Shown one piece after another: positions 47,004-57,283 of a DNA stretch of 64,000 nt (position 1 is the stretch's first letter; each line of letters opens with the position of its first letter). The DNA lies in the NCBI GenBank assembly GCA_964624065.1, contig CAZUWF010000009.1:6742-70741 (forward strand), read 5' to 3'. This stretch comes from an uncultured Bacteroidales bacterium. GTDB taxonomy: Bacteria > Bacteroidota > Bacteroidia > Bacteroidales > UBA7960. The position numbers were made by a program, and so were the translations under genes. Below the pieces are notes generated by a model, which worked only from the letters and a program-made list of their open reading frames with translations, did no database searches and was not told the DNA's origin.

Positions 47004-47465
47004 CTAAGAGCCCGAAACCTTTCCCTCCAATTTTGATATGGCAACCCGGTAAACCTCCACGTTGTCAATGGCGGGTTTGTTGTACGAAAAGGTTTTTCTG
47101 GTATATTTCTCCATTATCAAGTTCATAACCCGCACCTTTTCATCATAGTCGTAGATAAACTCGGCTTTTCCAAAGGCAAGTACGCTTCGGTAGTCCATTC
47201 CGTAACTACAAGCCACCGTTTCGTGCCTGAAGTATAGTTTGTGGTCCGAACTAAAAGCCACGCAAACATTTGGGTTGGCCTTGAGCACATCAATCTTCCT
47301 CCCCACTTTGTCTGAGTGTATGTAAACGTAACCCTCTTCGTAGGCAAAGTTAAAAGGTAGCACGTAAGGCAGCCCATCAGGGTCAACCATACCAATGAAG
47401 CAGGCCTCGCAGCGATCTATTATTTCCTTAATCTCCCGCTTGTCGTGTGTAATTCTTTGTCGCAT
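47004..47465 (-). CDS. pyridoxamine 5'-phosphate oxidase-family (FMN-binding split barrel) protein
   Basis: 153 aa. CEACFIGMVDPDGLPYVLPFNFAYEEGYVYIHS is the typical PNPOx/Nim-like pattern. Confidence 0.75.
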   Translation of the reverse strand: MRQRITHDKREIKEIIDRCEACFIGMVDPDGLPYVLPFNFAYEEGYVYIHSDKVGRKIDVLKANPNVCVAFSSDHKLYFRHETVACSYGMDYRSVLAFGKAEFIYDYDEKVRVMNLIMEKYTRKTFSYNKPAIDNVEVYRVAISKLEGKVSGS

Positions 47466-47498
47466 AATTTTGATTTTTAGAGCCGCTATTTAATTGAT

Positions 47499-47506
47499 TA
47501 CTTTTG
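47499..47506 (+). promoter_or_regulatory. candidate -7 promoter box for the metallophosphoesterase gene
   Basis: TACTTTTG lies 123 nt upstream of ATG 47630, or 78 nt upstream of the track start. Confidence 0.4.
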
Positions 47507-47629
47507 CCCAAAATGCACTATTGCTTTTCATTGCATTTTTGGCACTTTCTTTGTTAAATTCGCGAAACAAACTTTTCACAACAATTGTGTTTGTTTGGTG
47601 TTTCTATATGCAACACAAAGATAATTCAT

Positions 47630-48889
47630 ATGTGGTATAGACTTGCATTCATTTTGGGCATTTTTGTTCTTTTGAACATTGTCGGGTATATTGGCATAAG
47701 GAGGTTGTTTTCAGCACCTTCTCTTTTACGATTTCGAAAAATTGTCTCACGTTCCTTTTGGCTGATCGATGTAATTTTCCTTCTCTTTTCCATCGGGTTT
47801 ATCTTCTTGATTAGGGCAGGTAGCGATCCCGAATACGTACAATACCGCAGGTTTTTAGTAATATCGGGTGGCTTTGTTTTAATTCTCATCGTAAAGATGG
47901 GTTTCTTCTTTTTCGTTTTGTTGCATTATTTCAAGGTATTTCTGGCTTGGATGCTTTTCAAAGTAATTAAAATTCGATCGAAATTTTCAGATTTTCTTTC
48001 AAAGGCAAGACAAAGCCTCTTTTTGCTGAAACTTGGAGCTGCATTGGCCATTTTTCTTCTTTTGGCGGTTGTTTATGGCATAGTGTTTGGCAAGAACAAC
48101 TTCAAGGTAACCCACCTTGATGTTTACATTGAAAACCTGCCCCTTGCGTTTGATGGTGTTCGGATTGCTCATTTTTCCGACACCCACCTTGGGGGCTACT
48201 GTTCTACAAAACCGGTACAAAAGGGGATAGATGTAATTTCAAACCTGCAACCCGACTTGGTTGTTTTTTCCGGCGATTTGGTAAATAACGTGGCAGAGGA
48301 GGCCGAAAAGTTTATCTCCGTGTTTCAAAAACTTAAACCGCCCCTAGGGATGTACTCGGTGCTTGGAAATCACGATATGGGAGATTACCGCCGCTGGGGA
48401 ACCATTCCCGAAAAGGAGTCAAACGTCGAAAAACTAATCGAAATTAAGCAAGAAATGGGTTTTAATGTGTTGCTTAATCAGCATACATTCGTCAAACTCG
48501 GCAATGACTCAATTATGATTGCCGGTGTCGAGAACTGGGGTGAACCGCCATTCAAAAAATACGGCGACCTTCAAAAAGCACTCGGCAAAAATGCAGGTTA
48601 CCCTTTCAAACTCTTGATTTCTCACGACCCCTCGCACTGGCGCAACGAAATTGTTCCACTTACCGACATTCAACTAACCTTTAGCGGGCACACCCACGGG
48701 TTCCAGTTTGGAATTATCACCCCATATTTTAAGTGGAGCCCTGTGCAGTGGAAATACCCCGAATGGAATGGCCTGTACCAAAAGGGAAAACAGTATATTT
48801 ACGTTAATCGTGGGTTCGGATTTGTAGGTATTCCGGCTCGCATAGGAATTTCGCCCGAGATTACAATGTTAACCCTCAGGCGGAAGTAA
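47630..48889 (+). CDS. membrane-anchored metallophosphoesterase (YaeI-like)
   Basis: N-terminal TM helices. IAHFSDTHLG, FSGDLV, GNHD and FSGHTHG are calcineurin-like motifs. The start is uncertain: 47585 or 47630. Confidence 0.8.
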   Translation: MWYRLAFILGIFVLLNIVGYIGIRRLFSAPSLLRFRKIVSRSFWLIDVIFLLFSIGFIFLIRAGSDPEYVQYRRFLVISGGFVLILIVKMGFFFFVLLHYFKVFLAWMLFKVIKIRSKFSDFLSKARQSLFLLKLGAALAIFLLLAVVYGIVFGKNNFKVTHLDVYIENLPLAFDGVRIAHFSDTHLGGYCSTKPVQKGIDVISNLQPDLVVFSGDLVNNVAEEAEKFISVFQKLKPPLGMYSVLGNHDMGDYRRWGTIPEKESNVEKLIEIKQEMGFNVLLNQHTFVKLGNDSIMIAGVENWGEPPFKKYGDLQKALGKNAGYPFKLLISHDPSHWRNEIVPLTDIQLTFSGHTHGFQFGIITPYFKWSPVQWKYPEWNGLYQKGKQYIYVNRGFGFVGIPARIGISPEITMLTLRRK

Positions 48890-48957
48890 ATCATTATAAC
48901 AGTAAGGGCAAACATTCTGGTTCTTTGCCCGGTTGCAATTTTTCGGAAAAGTTTTGA

Positions 48958-48965
48958 TAGATTTG
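48958..48965 (+). promoter_or_regulatory. candidate -7 promoter box for the serine hydrolase gene
   Basis: TAGATTTG lies 39 nt upstream of ATG 49005. Confidence 0.5.
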
Positions 48966-49004
48966 TGCAATCGTTTGCAGGGCCATTTTCAAAACAAAAA
49001 AATC

Positions 49005-50543
49005 ATGAAGAAACTTTTCCGTCACTTACTTTTTTTAGCAGCAATAATTGTTTCGGGTTTCGGCCAAGCTCAACACAAGATAAATCTTGAAGAATTGGAC
49101 CGATACTATTCGAAAATGGTGGCCGACTGGGACGTTCCTGGTGCCACAATAGGAGTGGTAAAGGATGGCGAGCTTGTTTTCGTGGGAAGTTACGGAGTGA
49201 TGGAGGTTGGCAAGGAAAAAAAACCTGACGGCAACACCTTGTATGGAATCGCATCTATATCCAAAGCATTTACCGCCACATTGCTGGCAATGCTCGAGCA
49301 AGAAGGAAAAATAAAGTGGAATGACAGGGTGAGGGATTACTTGCCATACTTTGAGGTTAACGATCCCTGGGTGAGCCACAACGTAACAATTCGCGACCTG
49401 TTGTGCCACAGGATAGGGGTAGGTACCTTTAGTGGCGACGTAATTTGGTACAAGTCAGACTTCACGGCCCAAGACATTGTAAGGCGGGCCAAGTTTTTAC
49501 CGTTGGTATTTGGCTTCAGGGCGGGTTATGGCTATTCAAACATTATGTACATTGTCGCCGGTGAGGTTATTAGAGCCGTTACCGGAAAAAGCTGGAGCCA
49601 GAACGTGAAGGAGCGGATTTTTGAACCCCTGGGTATGAACCGTAGCACCACCTCGCCCAGTAAGCTTGAAAGTTTTGGTAATTACGTTACTCCACACGCC
49701 AGGGAGAACGATGCAAACATACCCATTGGCTGGGAAGATTGGGAGGAAATTGGGGCCCTTGGTGGCATAATCACAAGCGTGAACGACATTTCCAAATGGA
49801 TGATTACAAACCTTAACAAGGGAGTCTATGGCTCCGACACCTTGATCTCGCGTGCCAACATGAACCTTATGTGGACCCCTCATGCCAACTTCGTGGTTGA
49901 CCATTACAATCGCAACGAGTTCAATCAAAATTTTCGGTCCTACGGACTGGGGTGGGGGCTTGGCGACATTCACGGAAGGCTTAGAGTTGCCCACTCAGGT
50001 GCCATTGATGGCATGATTACCCAACTCGCTCTCGTACCCGACGAAAATCTTGGAGTTGTGGTGCTTACCAACGGTTTGCGTAGCCCAATTACCGCTGCCA
50101 CAAACTACGCGTTAGAGCTCTTTATGGGCATAGCCCCCCGCGATTGGTCGGCGGAATTGCTCGAGAGGGCAAAAGGTCTCCAGCAGGCAGATACCCGCAT
50201 CTCAGAAAGAAAGGAGAAAAGGGTGATGGGAACCAGTCCGTCACTACCATTAAAGGAATATGCTGGCACCTACAATTCTGATATCCACGGAAAAATAATG
50301 GTGATTTTGGATGCCAACAATCAGTTGCGATTGGAGTTCGAAAACTCCAAGTATCTTTCGGCCACTCTCAAGCACTGGCACTACGATGTTTGGGAAATTA
50401 TTTGGGACAACAAGCATGCCTGGTTTAGTTTCGGAACAATTAAGTTCAACCATAACAACAACCTGAAAGTTTTTGGAATTGACTTCGATGTTCCCAATGA
50501 TGACATCTTTTTTGAAGAGCTAAAGCCCCAAAGGGTGAATTGA
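49005..50543 (+). CDS. beta-lactamase-family serine hydrolase with a C-terminal lipocalin-like domain
   Basis: Signal peptide MKKLFRHLLFLAAIIVSGFGQA. The SxxK motif is ASISKAFTA, and the YSN motif is GYSNIMY. The track start 48933 precedes the promoter box. Confidence 0.8.
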   Translation: MKKLFRHLLFLAAIIVSGFGQAQHKINLEELDRYYSKMVADWDVPGATIGVVKDGELVFVGSYGVMEVGKEKKPDGNTLYGIASISKAFTATLLAMLEQEGKIKWNDRVRDYLPYFEVNDPWVSHNVTIRDLLCHRIGVGTFSGDVIWYKSDFTAQDIVRRAKFLPLVFGFRAGYGYSNIMYIVAGEVIRAVTGKSWSQNVKERIFEPLGMNRSTTSPSKLESFGNYVTPHARENDANIPIGWEDWEEIGALGGIITSVNDISKWMITNLNKGVYGSDTLISRANMNLMWTPHANFVVDHYNRNEFNQNFRSYGLGWGLGDIHGRLRVAHSGAIDGMITQLALVPDENLGVVVLTNGLRSPITAATNYALELFMGIAPRDWSAELLERAKGLQQADTRISERKEKRVMGTSPSLPLKEYAGTYNSDIHGKIMVILDANNQLRLEFENSKYLSATLKHWHYDVWEIIWDNKHAWFSFGTIKFNHNNNLKVFGIDFDVPNDDIFFEELKPQRVN

Positions 50544-50860
50544 GCCGAGATTGTGAAGGTGTATTAATCGGATTTGAAGGGGGAGCGTTTGTAGGTTGGA
50601 AATATTGGAGGATTGCACTAAACCCAAACGGAGCAATTAATGATGTTCTACCTATTCTCGGCAGGTTAGTGCAAATGGATCCAAGGTTTTATAGAATATT
50701 GGATTTCAATTTCCAAATGGCTTAACTGCCCATATATCTGAATTCAAAATAAACCAATAACTCCCAAACCAACCAACAGCCTAACAAATATTACCCGCTC
50801 GACTTTACAAACCTTACAAACTTTTCAACTTTTTAACAAAATCAATTTCAATTCATTTGT

Positions 50861-50868
50861 TACATTTG
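50861..50868 (+). promoter_or_regulatory. candidate -7 promoter box for the TonB-C gene
   Basis: TACATTTG lies 53 nt upstream of ATG 50922. Confidence 0.5.
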
Positions 50869-50921
50869 CAGCCTTAAGAAAGTGGATTTCACCTTAGGCC
50901 TTACCAAATGTAATCATTGCA

Positions 50922-51611
50922 ATGATGAAAAAAAGACTTCAAGTTACTGTTTTGATATTGTTGGCTGCATTTTTCACCTCAAAGGCAAGCCCGTTTGCTT
51001 ACCAAGCCCTTTCAGGAAACCATAAATTCCTGACCGAACAACCCGACACAAACATTTACACCATTACCGAAATCCCGGCAATGTTTCCGGGGGGAGATGG
51101 GGCTCGGATTCAGTACCTTTTTAGAAATCTTGTGTATCCCGAAATTTCTCAAGAACAAGGAATTCAAGGAACTGTTTTCGTTTCGTTTGTGGTGGAGGTT
51201 GACGGTAGCATAACTAATGTTGGCATTATCAGGGGATTAAGCCCCGAAATTGATCAGGAAGTAATAAGATTGGCAAGCGAAATGCCAAGGTGGGCTCCCG
51301 GAAGGATTGGCGGGAAGCCCGTCAGGACAATTTTTAGGATGCCTGTCAAATTCGCACTTTTGGGAGAGGATGACTACGTAAGGATCAAGGAAATAGAAAA
51401 GGTTCAGGATGAAAGACCATTTGACATTACACGCGATGCAGTGGTCTTCGTAAACGGAAAAAAACAAACCTTCAACCTGCTTCAGCTTGATAATAAGATT
51501 AAGGCCTCCCAAATTGAATCAATAGATTATTACTTGGACGGTAAAGGGGTCGAAAACTTTGGTTATCCAAACGTGGTTTCTATAAAAACCAAGAAGGGTT
51601 GGAAACCATAA
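50922..51611 (+). CDS. secreted protein with a TonB C-terminal-like domain
   Basis: PAMFPGGDGARIQYLFRNLVYPEISQEQGIQGTVFVSFVVEVDGSITNVGIIRGLSPEIDQEVIRLASEMPRWAPGRIGGKPVRTIFRMPVKF. Confidence 0.7.
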   Translation: MMKKRLQVTVLILLAAFFTSKASPFAYQALSGNHKFLTEQPDTNIYTITEIPAMFPGGDGARIQYLFRNLVYPEISQEQGIQGTVFVSFVVEVDGSITNVGIIRGLSPEIDQEVIRLASEMPRWAPGRIGGKPVRTIFRMPVKFALLGEDDYVRIKEIEKVQDERPFDITRDAVVFVNGKKQTFNLLQLDNKIKASQIESIDYYLDGKGVENFGYPNVVSIKTKKGWKP

Positions 51612-52004
51612 TTCATTGTTGAAGTTTAACCTCCTTTTCAGTGTCAGGCTGAAATTATCAGTCAGAGATGTTTCGTTTTTACGAATTGCAATCCTTGACA
51701 TAACCAAGCGCCGGTAGGCTATAACCGCGTGCTGTCAAAACCCATGTTTTTGCAGGTCAAGGGATATTAATTCCCAGACCTACTCCCTTGCCGAGTATTT
51801 GTAACCCGCAATCATTCCTTCTATTCGTTATATCGCTTTGACAAGTTCGGGATTGACCGCATAACACAGATGCCGCTAACCCTCAAAACCCTTTTAAGCA
51901 ACAAAAACGCCTTAGACCTAATTCTAAGCTTAATTACCAGTAAACCCAAAAGGCCATTTAGGCTCCCCATCAACTTTTCGCATACAACATTAAACTTTTT
52001 TTAC

Positions 52005-52012
52005 TACCTTTG
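52005..52012 (+). promoter_or_regulatory. candidate -7 promoter box for thrS-infC-rpmI-rplT
   Basis: TACCTTTG lies 28 nt upstream of ATG 52041. Confidence 0.55.
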
Positions 52013-52040
52013 CACGCTCAAAATTAGCAGTTGCCCCTTA

Positions 52041-53978
52041 ATGATAAAAATAACATTACCAGATAATTCGGTAAGAGAATACAGCCCTGGCGTTACCGGC
52101 CTTGATGTTGCAAAAAGCATTAGCGAGGGGTTGGCTCGCAGGGTACTTGCAATAACTGTCAATGGTGAGGTTATTGACCTACTGCACCCAATTACCACCG
52201 ACAGTTCGATAAAACTTCACACCTGGGACGACAAAGAAGGCAAGGCTACAATGTGGCACTCGTCGGCACACGTTATGGCAGCCGCCATTGAAGCCCTTTT
52301 CCCAGGCACTAAATTCGGTATTGGCCCCGACATCGAAAACGGATTTTACTACGATATTGACCTCGGAGAGCATTCCCTGTCGAGCAACGATTTCGAAAAA
52401 ATCGAAGAGAAGATGCGCGAAATTGTCCGCCACAAACAAGTGTTCATCCGAAGGGAAGTATCCAAGGAAGAAGCCCTTGCTGCCTTTACCGAAAAAGGCG
52501 ATGAATACAAGGTTGACCTTATTGGCGACCTTGAGGATGGAACGATTTCTTTTTACGAAACCGGCAACTTTACCGACCTGTGCCGTGGCCCTCACTTGCC
52601 CGACACCTCAGCCATCAAGGCGGTGAAGGTTTTGAGTTTGGCTGGCGCCTACTGGCGTGGCGACGAGAGCCGCAAACAACTTACGAGGGTTTACGGCATA
52701 AGCTTTCCCAAGCAAAAAGACCTCGACGATTACCTGGCTATGCTTGAAGAAGCCAAGAAACGTGACCACCGCAAGATTGGCAAGGAACTGGAGCTTTTTG
52801 CATTCTCGCAAAACGTGGGTCAGGGACTTCCTCTTTGGTTGCCCAAGGGAGCCGAGTTGCGCGAAAATCTTGAAAGATTCCTGAAGAAGGTGCAAAGGAA
52901 AGCCGGATACCTACCCGTAATAAGCCCTCACATTGGCAGTAAGAGCCTCTACGTTTGCAGCGGGCACTACGATAAGTATGGCAAAGATTCATTCCAGCCC
53001 ATAAAGACTCCCGCCCAAGGTGAGGAATTTATGCTAAAGCCTATGAATTGCCCGCACCACTGCGAAATTTTCAAAACCAAGCAATATTCATACAAAGACC
53101 TTCCGGTAAGGCTTGCGGAGTTCGGAACGGTATATCGCTACGAACAAAGTGGCGAGCTTCACGGGCTCACAAGGGTAAGGGGCTTTACCCAAGACGATGC
53201 CCACATCTTCTGCCGCCCCGATCAAGTGAAGGAAGAGTTCATCAAGGTGATTGACATCGTGCTCCACATTTTCAAGGCACTAGACTTCAAAGAATTTAGT
53301 GCCCAAATTTCGCTACGCGATCCCAACAACAAAGAAAAATATATGGGCAGCGACGAAAACTGGCAGAAAGCCGAACAAGCAATCATGGAGGCAACCAGCG
53401 AAAAGGGGTTGGAGGCAACCATCGAACTTGGCGAAGCGGCATTTTACGGGCCCAAGCTCGACTTTATGGTAAAGGATGCTCTAGGTCGAAAGTGGCAATT
53501 GGGAACCATACAAGTTGACTACAACCTCCCCGAAAGATTCGATCTTGAGTATGTAGGTAGCGACAACCAAAAACACCGCCCCGTAATGATACACAGGGCC
53601 CCGTTTGGCTCGATGGAAAGATTCGTGGCTGTACTTATCGAACACTGTGCCGGCAAATTCCCTTTGTGGCTCTCGCCCGACCAGGTCATAATACTGCCCA
53701 TCAGCGATAAATATCAAGGATATGCGAAAAAAATTCTATCTTTGCTGGATTTTTCAGAGATAAGGGCACAAATCGACGAACGGAGCGAAAAAACAGGGAA
53801 GAAAATAAGGGATGCCGAGTTGAAGAAAATCCCTTACATGCTTGTGGTTGGCCAACAGGAAGAACAGTCAAATACGGTATCGGTTAGAAAGCACGGACAA
53901 GGCGACCTGGGTTCCTTGGCGGTCGAAGATTTTGTTAGGCTGGTAAAAAAAGACATTGAAAATTCAATTGAACTATAG
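52041..53978 (+). CDS. thrS: threonyl-tRNA synthetase
   Basis: [14 protein letters not shown] (TGS domain), HSSAHVMA and class II motifs. The track ORF begins 57 codons earlier, across the promoter box. Confidence 0.95.
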   Translation: MIKITLPDNSVREYSPGVTGLDVAKSISEGLARRVLAITVNGEVIDLLHPITTDSSIKLHTWDDKEGKATMWHSSAHVMAAAIEALFPGTKFGIGPDIENGFYYDIDLGEHSLSSNDFEKIEEKMREIVRHKQVFIRREVSKEEALAAFTEKGDEYKVDLIGDLEDGTISFYETGNFTDLCRGPHLPDTSAIKAVKVLSLAGAYWRGDESRKQLTRVYGISFPKQKDLDDYLAMLEEAKKRDHRKIGKELELFAFSQNVGQGLPLWLPKGAELRENLERFLKKVQRKAGYLPVISPHIGSKSLYVCSGHYDKYGKDSFQPIKTPAQGEEFMLKPMNCPHHCEIFKTKQYSYKDLPVRLAEFGTVYRYEQSGELHGLTRVRGFTQDDAHIFCRPDQVKEEFIKVIDIVLHIFKALDFKEFSAQISLRDPNNKEKYMGSDENWQKAEQAIMEATSEKGLEATIELGEAAFYGPKLDFMVKDALGRKWQLGTIQVDYNLPERFDLEYVGSDNQKHRPVMIHRAPFGSMERFVAVLIEHCAGKFPLWLSPDQVIILPISDKYQGYAKKILSLLDFSEIRAQIDERSEKTGKKIRDAELKKIPYMLVVGQQEEQSNTVSVRKHGQGDLGSLAVEDFVRLVKKDIENSIEL

Positions 53979-54066
53979 ATAATCAAAGGTAAATGGCCTA
54001 AACCGGCGTTTACCACAAGTTTAACCAAACAAGGAGGATCGAAACATAGCAACACCATTCAGACCC

Positions 54067-54615
54067 ATGAGGCCTCGCGGAAGGTACGTGAAACCAGAGG
54101 ATCCGCACTTCATAAACGAAAAAATAAAGGCACCCGTAGTAAGGGTTGTTGGAGAAAATGTTCAGGCCAGCATAGTACCCATTAAGGAAGCGCTCGCCCA
54201 GGCCGAACAATTGGGTCTCGACCTGGTCGAAATTGTGCCCACAGCCAATCCTCCGGTGTGCAAGATCATTGACTACAAAAAATTCCTTTACGAACAAAAG
54301 AAAAAGCAGAAAGAAATAAAGGCAAACGCCGCGAAAATAGTATTGAAGGAAATAAGGTTGGGTCCCAATACCGATGACCATGATTTTAACTTCAAGATCA
54401 AGCATGCCGTCAAGTTTCTCGAGGAGGGGGCAAAGTTAAAGGTCTTCGTGTTTTTTAAGGGTCGATCCATTGTTTACAAGGAGCAGGGTGAGGTTATCTT
54501 GCTCAGGTTTGCCCAGGAACTCGAAGAGGTAGGAAAGGTAGATCAACTTCCAAAACTTGAAGGAAAAAGGATGATAATGTTTTTGTCTCCCAAAAAAGGT
54601 TCAAAGAAAAATTAA
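54067..54615 (+). CDS. infC: translation initiation factor IF-3
   Basis: [17 protein letters not shown]...[30 protein letters not shown]...[17 protein letters not shown]. The start may be a non-ATG codon upstream (see findings). Confidence 0.9.
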   Translation: MRPRGRYVKPEDPHFINEKIKAPVVRVVGENVQASIVPIKEALAQAEQLGLDLVEIVPTANPPVCKIIDYKKFLYEQKKKQKEIKANAAKIVLKEIRLGPNTDDHDFNFKIKHAVKFLEEGAKLKVFVFFKGRSIVYKEQGEVILLRFAQELEEVGKVDQLPKLEGKRMIMFLSPKKGSKKN

Positions 54616-54651
54616 TGCTCAAAAGATAATAAACCCAAAATTTGATTTGTA

Positions 54652-54846
54652 ATGCCGAAAATGAAATCAAAATCCGGTGCAAAAAAACGGTTTTCTCTCA
54701 CCGCTACCGGACGTGTTAAGCGCAAGCACGCTTACAAGAGCCACATCTTGACCAAGAAAAGCAAGAAGAGAAAAAGAAACCTTACCAAGGTTACATTGGT
54801 AAACCCAGCCGATGAAAAGAACATCAAGGCAATGCTTAGCCTTTAA
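54652..54846 (+). CDS. rpmI: 50S ribosomal protein L35
   Basis: [36 protein letters not shown]. Confidence 0.95.
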   Translation: MPKMKSKSGAKKRFSLTATGRVKRKHAYKSHILTKKSKKRKRNLTKVTLVNPADEKNIKAMLSL

Positions 54847-54930
54847 AAATTTTTATTATTAACCTTTGTATTAGCAAAACAAGACCTTCCCACGTGAGGT
54901 AGGCGCTAAACAAACTAAAAACAAACGATT

Positions 54931-55275
54931 ATGCCAAGATCAGTAAACAAAGTTGCTTCGAGAGCCAAACGCAAGAAGCTTCTAAAACTAACCAAAGGGT
55001 ACTTTGGTGCCAGGAAAAACGTCCTTACAGCGGCCAAGAATACTTGGGAAAAAGGACAAACTTATGCCTATAGAGATAGGCGTGCCAAGAAAAGGGAATT
55101 CCGCAAGTTGTGGATTCAACGCATTAATGCAGGGGTAAGGCAATACGGGCTTAGCTACTCCAAATTCATTGGTATGATAAATCAGAAAGACATACAGATA
55201 AACCGGAAAGTGTTGGCCGATCTGGCAATGAACAACCCCGAGGCTTTCAAGGCCATTGTTAATTCTGTTCAATAG
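54931..55275 (+). CDS. rplT: 50S ribosomal protein L20
   Basis: [30 protein letters not shown]...[20 protein letters not shown]. Confidence 0.95.
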   Translation: MPRSVNKVASRAKRKKLLKLTKGYFGARKNVLTAAKNTWEKGQTYAYRDRRAKKREFRKLWIQRINAGVRQYGLSYSKFIGMINQKDIQINRKVLADLAMNNPEAFKAIVNSVQ

Positions 55276-55300
55276 ATTAAAAATTTTGAGCATTAAAAAA

Positions 55301-55328
55301 AAGGAGCCTCCAGGCTCCTTTTTTTTTG
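55301..55328. terminator. bidirectional rho-independent terminator between rplT (+) and the Nudix gene (-)
   Basis: AAGGAGCC TCCA GGCTCCTT hairpin, flanked by A8 on the left and T9 on the right. Confidence 0.85.
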
Positions 55329-55363
55329 TTATAATTATTTTTGCCAGGACCTCAAAAAATTTT

Positions 55364-56011
55364 TCAGAAGCTGCAATATTCCGCGAACTCGTTTAAGATC
55401 ATTGCCGTTGCCCCCCATACAATATGTTTCTTTAAGTAAAAACAAGGGGTTTCGATGGTTAGTCCCTCCTGGAGCCTGATTTTTTCAAAACCCCTATGTT
55501 TGGGGTTGACTAATTCTATTAAGTTAACTTCAATTAGGCCGGAAACCTCCTTTGGGTCTGGGAAGAAGTTTGGTTTCTTTGCGGCGATCGATACATACGG
55601 TGATACCATAAAGTTTGAGGGAGGAATGTATAGATCGGTCAGCTTACCAATGACCTCCAACTCGTTTGCCAAAGCTCCAATTTCCTCCTTGGTTTCTCGC
55701 AAGGCGGTTTCTTGGAGGTTAAGATCGGCAGCATCATACCTCCCTCCCGGAAAAGATATTTGCCCGGCGTGTGCGCCCCCATTGTTAGTGCGCTTTATCA
55801 AAACCATAAAAGCTTGTCCCCTTGATGAAGGGTAAATCAATAGCATTACTGCAGATGGTATGGGACTTTTACCGGCACCCATCCCTCTTATGTGGCTTTC
55901 GCGAATTGATGGAGCCATTTTCAATTGTGCCTCAACACCTGGTAGGTTATCGAAACTCAATTCTTTTAGTTGCTTTGAAAATAGGGCAAAGTTATGTATG
56001 GAAGAATTCAT
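55364..56011 (-). CDS. Nudix hydrolase, CoA pyrophosphatase type
   Basis: Nudix box GGRYDAADLNLQETALRETKEEIG, preceded by LIKRTNNGGAHAGQISFPGG, a NuCoA-like upstream motif. Confidence 0.75.
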   Translation of the reverse strand: MNSSIHNFALFSKQLKELSFDNLPGVEAQLKMAPSIRESHIRGMGAGKSPIPSAVMLLIYPSSRGQAFMVLIKRTNNGGAHAGQISFPGGRYDAADLNLQETALRETKEEIGALANELEVIGKLTDLYIPPSNFMVSPYVSIAAKKPNFFPDPKEVSGLIEVNLIELVNPKHRGFEKIRLQEGLTIETPCFYLKKHIVWGATAMILNEFAEYCSF

Positions 56012-56058
56012 TAATAACTAAACCTGCACCCTTTTTAACCGATACACCCATGAACTCA

Positions 56059-57057
56059 TCAGCCTTCTTCATTGGGGTTCAATGCTTTCCATATCAAATC
56101 CTTGAGTTCCACCAATCCTTGGTTTGTGTGCGAGGAAATCATAACATATTCAATCTCTGGCAATTTGGTTTCAAGAGTTGCCATTTTCTTTGGTGTAAGC
56201 AAATCGCACTTGGTTACGGCTAGCAACTTAGTCTTGTCGAGAAGTTCGGGATTGTACTGTTCCAGCTCGTTGAGCAGCGTTTCGTATTCTTTTTTAAGGT
56301 TCTTAGAATCGGCGGGTATTATGAAAAGCAAAACCGAGTTGCGTTCAATGTGCCTCAAGAATCTGTGTCCCAAACCCTTGCCAAGATGAGCTCCTTCAAT
56401 TATTCCCGGAATGTCGGCCATAACAAATGACCTTGATTCGCGATATTCTACCACCCCCAAGTTTGGTTTTAGGGTAGTAAAAGGGTAATCTGCAATTTCG
56501 GGCTTGGCGGCAGAAACTACCGAAAGCAGGGTTGACTTGCCGGCATTTGGGAATCCAACCAAGCCCACATCTGCGAGTAGCTTAAGTTCGAAAACCACAT
56601 TTTTTTCGATGCCTTCCTCGCCTGGTTGTGCATACCGGGGAGTTTGATTGGTGCTCGATTTGAACCTGGCGTTGCCGAGCCCGCCCCTGCCTCCCTCAAG
56701 AAGGATTATTGTCTGCCCGTGCTCGGTAATTTCGATCAAGTGGTCACTGGTTTCGGCATCAAGGGCGATTGTTCCCAAGGGTACTTCCAAAACAATATCT
56801 TGTCCGCTGGCGCCCGTGCTGGTTTGCCTTCCGCCCGACATCCCGTGCTTCGCATACACGTGCCGAGTGTACCTTAAATGTAGGAGTGTCCAGAGGTTTC
56901 GGTTGCCACGTAGTATGATATGGCCACCTCGCCCTCCATCGCCACCATCGGGCCCGCCCTTGGCCACGAACTTTTCTCGCCTCAAATGAGCCGACCCTGC
57001 CCCCCCGTTACCCGAGCGGCAAGTTATCCTGACGTGGTCAATGAAATTTGGGTTCAA
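56059..57057 (-). CDS. obg: GTPase Obg/CgtA
   Basis: [41 protein letters not shown] and the G-domain [11 protein letters not shown]. Confidence 0.95.
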   Translation of the reverse strand: MNPNFIDHVRITCRSGNGGAGSAHLRREKFVAKGGPDGGDGGRGGHIILRGNRNLWTLLHLRYTRHVYAKHGMSGGRQTSTGASGQDIVLEVPLGTIALDAETSDHLIEITEHGQTIILLEGGRGGLGNARFKSSTNQTPRYAQPGEEGIEKNVVFELKLLADVGLVGFPNAGKSTLLSVVSAAKPEIADYPFTTLKPNLGVVEYRESRSFVMADIPGIIEGAHLGKGLGHRFLRHIERNSVLLFIIPADSKNLKKEYETLLNELEQYNPELLDKTKLLAVTKCDLLTPKKMATLETKLPEIEYVMISSHTNQGLVELKDLIWKALNPNEEG

Positions 57058-57070
57058 CGCGTTATAATTC

Positions 57071-57256
57071 TTATGCCCCTATGTGCTGTAGGAGCCCTTT
57101 GACCAAAAAAACAGGCCACACAAGTGCCTTCAAAAAGCCAACCACTCCTACCCAAAAGGAGGTTGCAGTTGAAATAAAGTAGAAGGCGGCTCCAATTACT
57201 CCCAGCAAGTATATTGCAGAGGAGGTGTTTGGGGTATTTGATTTTTTTCTTCCCAT
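57071..57256 (-). CDS. small two-TM membrane protein (hypothetical)
   Basis: 61-aa ORF that exactly fills the adk-obg gap. It has a basic N-terminus followed by two hydrophobic helices. No homology is recognised. Confidence 0.4.
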   Translation of the reverse strand: MGRKKSNTPNTSSAIYLLGVIGAAFYFISTATSFWVGVVGFLKALVWPVFLVKGLLQHIGA

Positions 57257-57283
57257 GGTGTTAGTATTTTAAACTATGCAAGG

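Noticed and set aside
50540-50725. 61-aa + strand ORF overlapping the stop of the serine hydrolase gene
   Set aside because: It has no promoter box and no recognisable features. It is probably a chance ORF in a 3' spacer.
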